DNA of 64,000 bases. It comes from Felis catus. Taxonomy: Eukaryota. The notes beneath the pieces were generated by a model. That model searched no databases. It saw nothing but the letters and a program-made list of their open reading frames with translations, and was not told where the DNA came from. The position numbers were made by a program, and so were the translations under genes. Positions 48,165-59,684 of this stretch are shown one piece after another. Position 1 is the first letter of the stretch. Each line of letters starts with the position of its first letter. The stretch lies in NCBI RefSeq assembly GCF_018350175.1, contig NC_058368.1, forward strand, positions 53,012,001 through 53,076,000, in the 5' to 3' direction.

Positions 48165-48630
48165 TCAGGCAAGTCTCCTGAGGATACAGAGAATGTACAA
48201 GGCAGAGTCCCTGCCTTAGTAGAGCATACAGATGAATAAAAAGGCAATAATTATATGTTTTATAAGCCTCATGTCACAGAGATATAAACAGGACAGTCTG
48301 AGGGTACCAAGAACAGCCCCTAACCCTGTTCAATGAGGTGAGGGGAGGTTTCCAAGAGGATGAGCTAGATTAGCCAGGTGAAGAGAGGTGGAGGGGCCTT
48401 TATGACAGAGATTATAGCAAATGCAATCTTGGGGGCAGAGACATGGTCTGTCCAGAGAATTTGAAACAGGTCAAAATGGTTGAATCACGAGACATGAGAA
48501 AGGGGGCAGTAAGACGTAAGAATGGAAGAGATCAAGACATGACCATGATACCATTTTAAGAAGGCTGTATGATATCCTTAAGCCAGAGGGAAATTATCAG
48601 AGGTTCTAGGGAAAGGAATGATGTGACCTT
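48165..48630 (-). mobile_element. L2 fragment
   Basis: GGATACAGAG...CAAGGCAGAGTCCCTGCCTT...GATTAGCCAGGTGAAGAG...GGAATGATGTGAC. Confidence 0.7.
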
Positions 48631-48649
48631 CAAAATTTAAGCTATTTCA

Positions 48650-48958
48650 GGGAACAGATTAGTGGCTGCCAGGCATCCAGGGGGTAAGGGTGGCTGAAAT
48701 GGGTGAAGGTGGTCAAAAGGTACAAACTTCCATTGTTAAGATAAATAAATCCTGGGGATATAATGTATACTATGGTGACTATAGTTAATAATACTGTATC
48801 GTATATTTGAAAGTTGCTAAAAAAGGTTGTAACTATGTCAGGTGCTGGATGTTAACTAAACTTAACGTGGTAAGCATCTCTCAATGTATACATGAACCAA
48901 ATCATTATGCTGTGCTCCTAAAACTAATGTTATACGTTAATTATAACTCAATAAAAAC
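48650..48958 (+). mobile_element. Carnivore L1 3' end (5'-truncated)
   Basis: GAACAGATTAGTGGCTGCCAG...GGTGAAGGTGGTCAAAAGGTACAAACTTCC...CTCAATAAAAAC. TSD-like TATTTCAG on both sides. Confidence 0.9.
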
Positions 48959-49409
48959 AACTTGTTATTTCAGCCAGAAGTCGGATCTGAAAAAATGATA
49001 AAAACAAATTGTTTAAATCAATGATCTGACTAATTTCCAGAATTCTCTGAGCTCAACATGGTGAAATTACCCACCATTTCCTGCCTTCAGTTCCACCTCA
49101 GACCTTCTGAGTCTCAATTACTTAACTCTCTTAGAGCAGAACGCTTTTTAAAAAATCAACATATCCGTCAAGCCCTCACTTGGGGAAATTAAGTCATGGT
49201 GCCTGGGCTTCAGCCTGAGCCCTGACACCACCATCTTCAGTGCATGTTAAAACCAAGCAATCCACATTCTATTCACAGTTGATCATGAACTTCAGCAGTA
49301 GCTTTGGTCATTAGGAGACCTATCTAATTGTAATAGGTATAATGCCCACTTAGTGATAGCCAGTAAATTCAGAGTGAGTCTTCACCTCCCCCTTTTTAAC
49401 TCAGAGAAC

Positions 49410-50305
49410 TGTCAAAGAAAAATTGTACCAGACATTTGTTATAAATGACAAGGATAACTTTATTCGATACTATTGCAATAGAGGCCAATACTACTGCAAT
49501 AGGGAAAAGAGATTGAACTCAACTCTATTGAAATAAAAGATTGAAGATAAAGGAAGATACTTTTAACCCCAAAGTGGACTAATGGAAAAGTACTGGAGAA
49601 CTTGTAGTGGGGAGCTTGGTTAATGTGGTTAGGCTATCTGTATTTGCTAATCGGCCCTTATTGAAGGGATGCATCCATCTTCCTACAGAGACTGGGAAAC
49701 AGGGGTGCTATCTCCTTCGATGATTACGTTTCAGAGGGCTAGGCCTCAGTCCTTGAGAAACTTTTCTGGGTTGTAGAAGATTTACATCTCAAAGGGACAT
49801 AGAAAGAATTTACAAGTTTTTGGTAATACTTTTTTTTCTTTGAGTGTAGTGGACACACAACGTTACATTAGTAACAGGTGAACAGCACAGTGATTCCACA
49901 AGTCTGTGCATTATGAGATGCTCTCCACAAGTGTAGCTACCATCTGTCACCACTATGCGACACATTACAATACCACTGAGTATTTCCTACACTGTACCTT
50001 TTATTCCCCAGACTTATTCATTCCATAACTGGAAACCTGTATCTCCCACTCCTCTGCCTCCCTTTTGCCCATCCCTCGACCGCCTCCTCACTGGCAACCA
50101 TCTGTTTGTTCTCTGTATTTATAGGTCTGATTCTACTTTTGGTTTGTTTATTCATTTGTTCTGTTGTTTTTAGATTCCACATATAAACAACTGAAAGTTT
50201 TCTAAAGCAAATGTGCTAAGAAAAGGGGGGATGAGGACCTAAAGTCAGAAAGAAGCCTATCTGAATTGTAGTCAAGCTGAACAGAACATTAGGCCATCTT
50301 GGTCA
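49410..50305 (-). mobile_element. ERV1 solo LTR (MER31-like), interrupted by an L1
   Basis: Minus-strand start TGACCAAGATGGCCTAATGTTCTGTTCAGCTTGACTA resembles the MER31A 5' end. The other terminus is TGTCAAAG. Confidence 0.8.
49829..50186 (-). mobile_element. Carnivore L1 3' end nested in the MER31 LTR
   Basis: Poly-T, then CACAAGTGTAGCTACCATCTGTCACC...CTGGCAACCATCTGTTTGTTCTCTGTATTTAT...TTTTAGATTCCACATATAA. Confidence 0.88.
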
Positions 50306-50323
50306 AAAATCACTTCAAATTAT

Positions 50324-50583
50324 GGGGGGCCTGGGTGGCTCAGTCAGGTGAGCACCTGACTTCGGATTCGGTCATGATATCACAGCTCCTGAGTTCAAGC
50401 CTCCCCCACTGATTCGGGCTCTGTGCTGACTGACACCCCAGAGCCTGGAGGCTGGAGCCTGGGGCCCAGATCCAGGAGCCCAGGGCCGCCTTCCGATTCT
50501 GCGTCTCTGTCTCTCTCTGCCCCTCCCGTATTTGCACTCTGTCTCTCTCTCTCAAAAATAAATAAACATTAAAAAAAGTTTAC
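50324..50583 (+). mobile_element. CAN-SINE with aberrant internal expansion
   Basis: SINE head and tail. TSD AAATCACTTCAAATT (50307-50321 / 50584-50598). Extra GGAGCC-like units at ~50441-50490. Confidence 0.93.
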
Positions 50584-50862
50584 AAATCACTTCAAATTTT
50601 ATGAGCAAGGCTATTCTTAAGGCAGCATATTTAGAGGGAATTATTGTATTTCCTAGATGAGTAAAATAATTCCACATGTCCAATTCTGGGATTATAACAC
50701 AGTGTGAGCTGCAATGTCATTGCCAAGTCCTGTACTGCTCCAAGTGCTTTTTCCTTATGAGGAGCCTTGCCCCTGGCCTGGTTTCACATAACATATCCCT
50801 GGAAATGCAAAAAACACAGGTGACATTGGCTGATGTGCATGTGGACAAAGTTCCATCCTTTA

Positions 50863-51072
50863 TTTTTTTAATAATTTTTTTATGTTTTATATTTGAGAGA
50901 GAGACAGAGAGCAAGTAGGGGAGGGGCAGAGAGACAGAGACAGAATCGGAAGCAGGCTCCAGGCCCCGAACTGTCAGCACAGAGCCCAACTTGGGGCTCG
51001 AACTCACAAACCATGAGATCATGACCTGAGCTGAAGTCGGATGCTTAACCAACTGAGCCACCCAGGTGCCCC
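50863..51072 (-). mobile_element. CAN-SINE
   Basis: Reverse SINE. TSD AAAGTTCCA(T/C)CCTTTA (50847-50862 / 51074-51089). Confidence 0.97.
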
Positions 51073-51359
51073 AAAAGTTCCACCCTTTAAAAAGAGGCTA
51101 GCCATTGACTTTTACCTTGGCAAGCATAAGCTCTCTTTCTCATAAAGCTTATTAAAACATATATGACAAAATGTCTAATTGCCCCAAATCAGCTCCCTTC
51201 TTCCAAGACTTATTCATCCATTTATTCCTCAAATGTTTATGTGGCAGGACTTGTGCAAAGCAACAGATGAACCATGCACATTCTCCCAAAACAGACACAA
51301 ACTGCACTATACCTACAGAACCACTAAGTTTCCCTGATCATAGCTAGCAAGATATTAAT

Positions 51360-51610
51360 GTGATAATAAATGTTTATTAAATATTTCTGACGAGCCTTAT
51401 GCAAAGTGCCTTTCATCATTTGTATCATCTCATGTTCTTAACACCTTATGAGCTCAGTGCTATTATTATCAGATACCTACTCTACAGATGAGGAATCTGA
51501 GTCTCAGAGTGGTCACATGAATTGTCCATGATTAAGGGGCTATTAATGGGTAGAATAGGGACTTGAACTCATGTCTGTCTGACTCTAAACCTGTGCTCCT
51601 GATCATTTAT
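51360..51610 (-). mobile_element. MIR
   Basis: TACAGATGAGGAATCTGAGTCTCAGAG...GGGACTTGAACTCATGTCTGTCTGACTCTAAA. Confidence 0.85.
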
Positions 51611-52379
51611 TATAATTCCCTGCTGAATACGACACAGAGCATTACACGCTTCCTTCATGAATTCAATGTAAATTCAGCAAGTACATATTAAGAATTTAGA
51701 ATTCACATTGTTAGTGGAAATGCCTCTCTTTCAGGGCAGAGAGGGCAAGAGATGATCTCTAAGATGCCAGTAGCACACAAGGCTTGATGCTAAAACTCAA
51801 AGTGCTCCCATGGTACCAGCAGGGCACACAGTTTGGTGAAAAAGTAGATCCCTGCCCTGGAGAAGGCTACATTCATTAGTGCCACATGTCCCCAACTTCA
51901 GGCCATATTCATAATTTTTGCTATATCTACATCTCCCTGCACTGTTATTTATTTAATATTTATCTTTAAATAGACCCACTTGAAAAACTTGACAGCAAAT
52001 GGAGGGGGAAAAGGCAGATTTAATTATTGCCATTGAATAAATGTAGCAATAGGAGAAGGTAAATATTCACCTGTGTACTAAGCTTATGTCAAGTGGCACT
52101 TTGGGAGGGACTCCCTGCCCTCCATATTCCTTTGTTTTTCTCTTTCTCACCCGACTCTGGGGATCATTCTATAGAATCCAGGCCCTACTTCCACTCTGGG
52201 AAAATGCTCTAGATTTTTCTTGCTTCTCTCTACCCTCCGTCCACCTGCCACCCCACTGCACACTTCAGTGAGTGTCCAAACCCCAGTTACTCAGGACCTT
52301 CCTGGATAACTCATCAGACAGTCTGATAAAGTAACTCTGCTTGGAGGGTGTTCATAGAGTAAGAGATGTCAATAATCAG

Positions 52380-52605
52380 GAATTTGCGGATAAGCACTGG
52401 ACAAATGTGTTGCCTGGATTATGCCGTTTAGTCTTCACAACAATGTGGTGAGGAAGAGACTATGAACCTCTTTTTATATATGAAGAGACTGAATGCAGTC
52501 CATGCTTTCAGACCATGTGAAGGGAGGTTACATGATTTGCCTGAGGCCCCACAGCTAGTACATCACAGGTTTGTGCACCTCCAAACTCTAAATACCCTTC
52601 CATAC
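52380..52605 (-). mobile_element. MIR
   Basis: TTTAGTCTTCACAACAATGTGGTGAGG...GAGGTTACATGATTTGCCTGAGGCCCCACAGCTAGTA. Confidence 0.7.
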
Positions 52606-52679
52606 TACGGTGGTCAACTTTTCTATATTGCAGCTAATGGAAGTCCTGTGCTTAGGCCTATGTTATCATACCGCACAGA

Positions 52680-52744
52680 AGGGATCGCCCTCTTCATCCC
52701 ACCCACCCACTATCATCCTCTGTGCTCATCAGTCACATGGTCGC

Positions 52745-52784
<40 letters not shown>

Positions 52785-53540
52785 ACTTCAAACCTCCATG
52801 GCTGATTTCCCATCGTCTACAGGATATAAGAGAAAGTTCAGACTTCTTACAGCATTCAAGGTTCATCACAATCTGGCCGTAACCTGACTTGCCTGAGCCC
52901 TTCGCCACTCACCTCACAGCCATATTGGATCCCAGCTTTCTCCAACAGTTCACATTCCCTTATGGCTGTGCAGAAAGGCAGCCATGAACACTGCAAGGTC
53001 AAAGGAAGGGCATGAGCTCGGGAATAGATTGACCTGTTTGAATCCCAAAATTGGGCAAGCTCTTTAACCTCCTCTGTTTTTTCACAGTGATAATATGTCT
53101 TCTGTGTTAGAATTGGGCTAGATGATCTATCTAAAGCACGCCACACAGCATCTGGTACTTTACACGGCAACTGGCACCTGGCAGGCCTTCAAATACAAGT
53201 CACTGTGGTATCTGTGCCCACGTCGTCCCCTTGAAAATTACCTAGAATTACTTTTTCCTTTCATCTTGGTAAATGCGTATCCATTCTTCAAGCTCAAATA
53301 TCACTTCCTTTGTGAAAGCTTTCCTGATTTCTTCAGGCAATGCTAATTCCTCCTTCCTCTGAATTTCCCTAGTACTCAGTACCCACCTCAACTATAATTC
53401 TTGAAATTGGCTTCTAATTATCTATCACCCCTGTTTCTTTCTTCCATTAGATCATGAATTCTTCAGGAGCCTGTATATCTACCAAATGCAATACTCAGCA
53501 CATAGTAAGCTGACAAATGCTTGTTGAATGACTTAATGTG
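52680..53540 (+). mobile_element. L2 (fragmented; contains (CA)n and a MIR-like piece at ~52990-53195)
   Basis: CATTCAAGGTTCATCACAATCTGGCC...CCATTCTTCAAGCTCAAATATCACTTCC...GCACATAGTAAG...AAATGCTTGTTGAATGA, the L2 3' end. Confidence 0.75.
52748..52782. repeat. (CA)n microsatellite
   Basis: About 17 CA units. Confidence 0.97.
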
Positions 53541-55799
53541 TTTCCCCTTCCTAGACATCATTTGTATTTGAATGATGCTATAAAATTAGATTGAAATTTT
53601 AGGCACTGAAGCAGGAGCAGTGAGGTAGGTGGGTGAAAAGTGAGATATTTCTTCAAAATCCCCAAACACATCTACTCTCTATGCATAAAGCCATTTCATT
53701 TCCAGAATCATTGCCTGCAAATTATATTGGTCCTCCCTTAGAAGCATGAGGGAATTTTTGTGACAGGAAAAGATAACGCTTACAAAACCTTTTCATTGTA
53801 AACGTTGATTATTTATGAACTCTTATAGGAAAGGGACCCTCTGGATGCTGGCACATGGGAGAAGCCATCCCCCCCCCCCAATTTATAATAAATGAATGTT
53901 GGAGTAAATCTCTTCATTAAGCAGATAGAGAAAGGAATTTACGCTCCAAAGTAATCACTCGTCTCTTCAACCACAAAAGCCCCAAAGACTTCGCTTCCTG
54001 AATGTTCTGTCTAATGGGACAGACCTTTGGTGACCTGTTTAGCACAAGGATGACTTCAGCAGGTAGATTCCACAAAGCTAGCAGCCCAAAGCAAACACAC
54101 AACAACGCTGCCCGGAAACCGGTGGGTGGCCTTGGCTGGTGAAAGCCCGTTCTTCAAGCAACTGAGGCAGGAGCCCATTAAAGGTGTTAATTTTACATGA
54201 TGTGGCACGGCAAGTTTATAAATAAATAACAAATGAACATTCCCCACGGTTCCTCTCCTCCGAATTTCTGTGTACCTGCTACAGGCCTGGCAACAGCAGG
54301 AGCTGCTCAGACGCCAGATCCGGAATTGCTCTTCAAAACGTGAGGGGGGAGGCATTTCTGTCACCAAGACTTGATAAGTTTTGACGCTTACATCACTGGA
54401 TCCAGATACCTTAAAAAAAAATAGCCAACTAATCCGTCCTCTGTGGTTGGATGTGCTCAATTTAAGATTATTATCATGAGCTACAAGAACAAAACACAGA
54501 TGTTAGAGTTTCAGAAAAATGTACTGTGGGGGACTATTAGTAAAAAATACTGTTTAAAATATATAACATATGTAACTATTAAATACATAAAAATCCCATG
54601 TACCAAGAGGCAAAACATGATGAAAGTTGTTGAATATTTTAAGTACCTATATTGCTGCATAAAATGGTTCTGTGCGGTAGAATTTTCTATTGCAGGAGAT
54701 TTATGAAATTTTGTCAAAGTGGTAGATCATGCTGAAGTCAGGGGAAATACTAGCACACTTTAGGTTGCTTTCTATTTTTAATTAAGTTTGGAAGTGCATC
54801 TTTGCACTTGTGAGTGTGCATATAAATATATGTAAGTGCAGATGTGATTAACAATAATGCTGATCTATGCAGACATTCAAATTCACTCACAAAATGACCC
54901 CCTCCCACTACAGAGCAAAATACTTAATTGAGGCTGGGTCTGTGTATTCATAACAAACAGGAAGGAGAATGGCGAAATTTGACCAGCATGTTTCACCCTC
55001 GCTCATTTTAGCAGCCAAGGAGGCAGGAATTAAACAAGCCCTATAGGGTCCTGACCTGAATTTCCAACCAGAGGTGAGCCATGAAGACTAAATATTATGG
55101 TGCTTGTCGTGTTTACCCATGTCAATAAAGATGGAGACTGATTGAGCTTGAGTGGTTGACTAAAGGCCATCTAATGCTTATTCTGAGGGATAATCTGGGA
55201 GAAAGTTTCAAAGGCACCCTTGAGAATTAACTGGGGTCCAAGTTATTCAGGGCCCAAAATACTAAGCAAGTATTAATAACAATTGTCGAGGGCAAATAAT
55301 CAGGTCAGATGCACAGCAGTAAAAGTCTACAATGAAGAAAGCAGAGGAAAAAAAGAGGAAAAAAAACCCACAACGCAAGCAGTAAACTCTCTCTAGACAC
55401 AACCTACTTCACCTTAAACTCTCCCCTACCTCTGCCCCACCTCCATTCCTCCAGATCAACCTTTCAAAATTTCCATTGCACCTGCAGCCCACACCATATA
55501 ACCTAGCATGTAATTATATACTCTTCTGTCCTGTTCATGTTGCTGTATCTGTAATTGTTTTCATCCTAACTAGGTTTAAATTCTATTTGGAGGTCAGTAA
55601 CTACATCTCATATATCTGCATTTTCCCCAGTGCCTAGCACAACTTTATGCACAATAAAAATTTCAGAAACTTCTCATTGCTGAAATTTTTGCCCTCCAGC
55701 AAGGATTGATAGCAAGTGCCATCCACTCTTCCTCCATCATGCTGCACTGACACCTGTTCCAGTGTTCCTATAGAACACCTAAGCATGTACACTAAAATA

Positions 55800-56440
55800 T
55801 GTGAATATATTTTTCTATTTATTATACACTTTATTCTATAACTTTTTTTTTTACCCAACCATATCTATAGATTCCACTCATGTTTTCTACTAGTTGGGTA
55901 AAATTCCACCTTGTTGGTGTGCCACAATTTATTTAGTCATTTCCCTTATTGCCATTTATTCCAAAATGATAACCAATATTACAATAAATAAATTTATCCA
56001 TGTCATTTTGTACTTGTGTTGTTATTTCTTTGCAGATTCCCAGAGTATAACTGTAGAGTTAAAGCTTATTTCTCACACTGGATTACTGAAGATACCACCA
56101 GTTTATTTTTCCAAAAGATTTAGTGAGTCATTCTCCTACCATCCATTCACATACTTGAATGTCTACTTCCCCACACTCTTGACAACACTGGATATTATCA
56201 ACCTTTTTAATATTCACCAAGACAAAAGGGTTGGGATCAGGGTTAGAGCAAAAAATGGTATCTCACACTTTTGTTTTGCATTTATCTGACTGCCAGTGAA
56301 GGTCTCTTCATTGTCTGTTTGCTTTTTTCCTTGTAAGAATTGCCTTTCATAGTTTCTACCCATTTTTTTATTTAATATACAGGAATTCTCTGTATATTAG
56401 GGATATTCATTAACAAATGTTACACCTATTATTCTCCCAC
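55800..56440 (-). mobile_element. Old L1 (L1ME-like) fragment
   Basis: GTGCCACAATTTATTTAGTC...CCCACACTCTTGACAACACTGGATATTATCAACC...AAAATGGTATCTCAC...TTTGCATTT. Confidence 0.75.
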
Positions 56441-57499
56441 ATAAATCTTACATGATTCTATTTGTGAACCCCTTAAGGATAATGACCATATCTTAGAACT
56501 TATCTCCCAATCCCTTCTTGTTAGCAACCAGGCATAGTATATAATAACATGTCCATTGAGAGGATTCAATAAATACATCCGGCACTTGAACCAACATCAA
56601 TAAAAAGTGATTTGGTCATATGGTTAGACTGACCAGACAAATACTCCTTGTACAGTGGAGCATTGAGTATCCTAAAATGTCTACTGGATCAAGGAAGGCA
56701 TTTCCATTTTATTCCACACTTGGCCTCCAGGTTAATGCCTAACCTTAGCTCCAGCCTCACCCCTGCTTAGTTCTAACACGGAGAAGACTTCATATAATGC
56801 CTTGGAGTCCAAATATAACAATTGAAAATATAACTGTGGAGGATATGTGATTAAAAAAAAAATGAAGAAAGGGATGAAAAGGGAGCTTTTCCTATGCAGG
56901 CACACACACCAGTGCAGACCAGCGTTTTAATTCTAACACAAATCTACTTATTGTATGGTATGTAGGCCCTGTGTTTGCTGATGCAACTAAGGCAGAACAT
57001 TAAGATGCACACAAATGAAGACACATTAAAAAAATATCTAAATATGGTGAACATTTACACTGTGAATATCAAGAGGAACCTGCTTTTGTGTGGTGGCAAG
57101 ACAAGTTAAAAAATCTTCATTCTAGGAAAATTCACTACTATTTTAGGGATTTGGGGAACCACCTAGAGTGAGGTAGGATGTGGGGAATTTGCGTGAATGA
57201 GGTAAAAAAGTAAACCAGTAAACTTGTGATGTGGGTGTAGGGGATAGCCCATCATGTTTCAAAAAGAACAAGAACTGGTAGATAGATAATCCAGAGTGCT
57301 CCGAAGAAAGATTCCAAAGTTTGAGATGGGGCAAAGAAGGCTTATACTCCCATCAGAGAGAATGAAGGTTTGAATCACCATTCTGGAGGCTTAGTTATTT
57401 TCATCCCCAGCTGATGGAGCGACCCGCATCTCTACCACGATTCCCCCTCCGAATGGCTTCATAGGGACCCCGTGAGTCCTGCTACAGAAAACCAACACT

Positions 57500-57925
57500 T
57501 CAGTGAAGTAACTTTGTGCATTGGATGCCACTTAGTAATAGAGGTATTCCAAATGGAAGACTCCCTTTAACTGATAAGTTATATGTGCAGAAAAGTGTTG
57601 AATTATAGAATTCCACAGAACAGAGTATACACAGAAAATAAAAATCATCTTTTCCAGAAATGTTTAATGACATAGGGAAAATGCTCATGACCGCTGAACT
57701 GAAAAAAGCAAGACACAAAACCATATAAAGACCCTAACTTTATTTCAGTAAAGGACACACACATATATTTTGTATATAAAAGTGAAGAAAAAAAGATGGA
57801 AAGAAAATAATGTCTCACTGGGACATTGCCAGTGATTTTTATTTTCTCCTTTACACTTTTTTGTATTTTACAAATAATTTTAAGATGAGCATTGTTATTT
57901 TTAAATCATGAAAATGTATTTTAAT
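57500..57925 (+). mobile_element. Old L1ME-like 3' fragment
   Basis: AATGACATAGGGAAAATGCTCATG...AAAAAGCAAGACACAAAAC...TGATTTTTATTTTCTCCTTTACACTTTTTTGTATTTT. Confidence 0.65.
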
Positions 57926-58833
57926 ATAAATATTCTTTTACACTACGTTTTTAACCAATTTTAATGATTCTCAGTCATATTCTGCCCTTTATTTTCTCTC
58001 TTTTAATTAATCTGAAGTCAAACTTCTCATCCCATTTTCCACTCCCTACAGTTTCCACTCCTTCACAATCTTCTTCACTACCTGGGGGGAGTCAGCTAGG
58101 GGGCCAGGAGATAGCACACCCACCAGCCCTGCTCCCCACGTTCCTGCACTGCCTCCCATGTGGCAAAGATAAAATAAAAGAGAAGGAAAAGTTGCTTTCG
58201 GATTCAAATTTAACTACTATACGTCTGTCTTTTCCCACGAGAAAGTTTCATGCAAGAAAGGAAGTTTACAAGATTTCTAAGCAATAACTCACAAATTTGG
58301 TGCTGACAGTTTTGGGTTTGTTTGTTTGTTTTGAGAGACAGAAAGAGAGTGCTACAAACTCAAGCATATTTCAAAGTGCCCTGGTATGTCTTACTACAGT
58401 ATTGAATAAAAAAAATGAACAAAGGCTTCAAGAAGAAAAATATGGAGGTATTTCATTACACGTAAAATTTGTGCTGTGTGGATATTCTCCATGTGATTTT
58501 GTGGCACTTAATTTATTATTGTTGTTATTATTTAGGTTATGGACAACATGGTAAGATCCATCTCCATAAACCCCAGCAAAATTGGGGTTCACTTCATATT
58601 GTTTCTGCTTATTTGTCATACTTGCAACATGGCACAGATTATTGAAAAATGGACAGACTATTGACTATAGCTCCACCAACAGGAATACTGAATTTTTACA
58701 TATACAGTTATAACTAAAAGTCACTAGTGGGAAGGAAAGGGGGATAAAATTGTGGGTTTTTTTCTTCATCTACAACAACAACAACAAACAAGGGTCTTGC
58801 TGCCATACATTTTGCTTATGTGGAGGTATTTTC

Positions 58834-59063
58834 CTTTTTTTAAATTTTAACCTTTTTTTAAAGTTTATTTATTTATTTATTTATTTTGAGAGAGAGGGAG
58901 AGAGAGAGGTGTAGGGGTAGAGAAAGGGAAAGAGAGAGAATCCCGAGCAGGTTCCACACTATCAGCGTGGAGCCCAAGATGGGGCTTGAACCCATGAACT
59001 GTGAAATCGTGACCTAAGCCAAAACCAAAAGTTGGGCACTTAAATGAGCCACCCAGGTGCCCC
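58834..59063 (-). mobile_element. CAN-SINE (older type)
   Basis: (TTTA)n tail, GA tract and ...TGAGCCACCCAGGTGCCCC end. Confidence 0.94.
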
Positions 59064-59646
59064 CAAGAATTTTCAAACACAGGAGAACAAATCTGGGTCT
59101 TCTTGGTTTTTTCTCAAAGGGTCATCAGGATGTGTGTGTTTTGAAATACTGGAATAGCTGGTGAACAAGTCGAACCAGAATGTGAACCATACATTCTGAC
59201 CAGAGCTCTCACACTGAAGCCCTACACTGCAATGACGCCCAACAATCTGTGACACTTTCTACCAGTATTTGCATATAGCAGGAGCCTGTCTTCACCACAG
59301 GAGCGGATTTTCAATGGTGACATTTCTGGCACCATTAGAAGTGTTGATCCCAAATTCGAGAAAGTTAGAAATAGATTCTTGCTTTGCTTTGTTTTGCCTT
59401 CAACTTTTGGTGTGAACTGGTTTGAATGAAAAGTAACAGAGAAAAATAAAAGTCAACTGGGAGTCAGGATACCTGTGTCTGGTCTCAGTTCTGCCCCTGG
59501 ATAACTTAATTGCTTTTGCACACTTCAGATTTCTCATGAACAAAATGACAGAACAGATGATTTCTTGTTTGATAAGTCTACAACTAGACCTCTGTCTTCC
59601 TGCCCTCTCCCGTCTCCACAGCCAGCGAGTGGTCAGAACAAGTAAG

Positions 59647-59684
59647 CGTGTGTGTGAGTGTGTGTGCGCGAGTGCACATGTGCA
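59647..59684. repeat. Degenerate (TG/CG)n repeat
   Basis: CGTGTGTGTGAGTGTGTGTGCGCGAGTGCACATGTGCA. Confidence 0.75.

Noticed and set aside
52462..52887. 141-aa ORF with an HT repeat
   Set aside because: It runs through MIR/L2 remnants and a (CA)n microsatellite.
418..59080. Family of similar short ORFs (MAQ.VK.PT.AQV.IS...SLSLSQK) at 418, 10392, 13135, 16560, 18509, 43841, 44840, 50717, 58877 and elsewhere
   Set aside because: All are translations of CAN-SINE copies, not a gene family.
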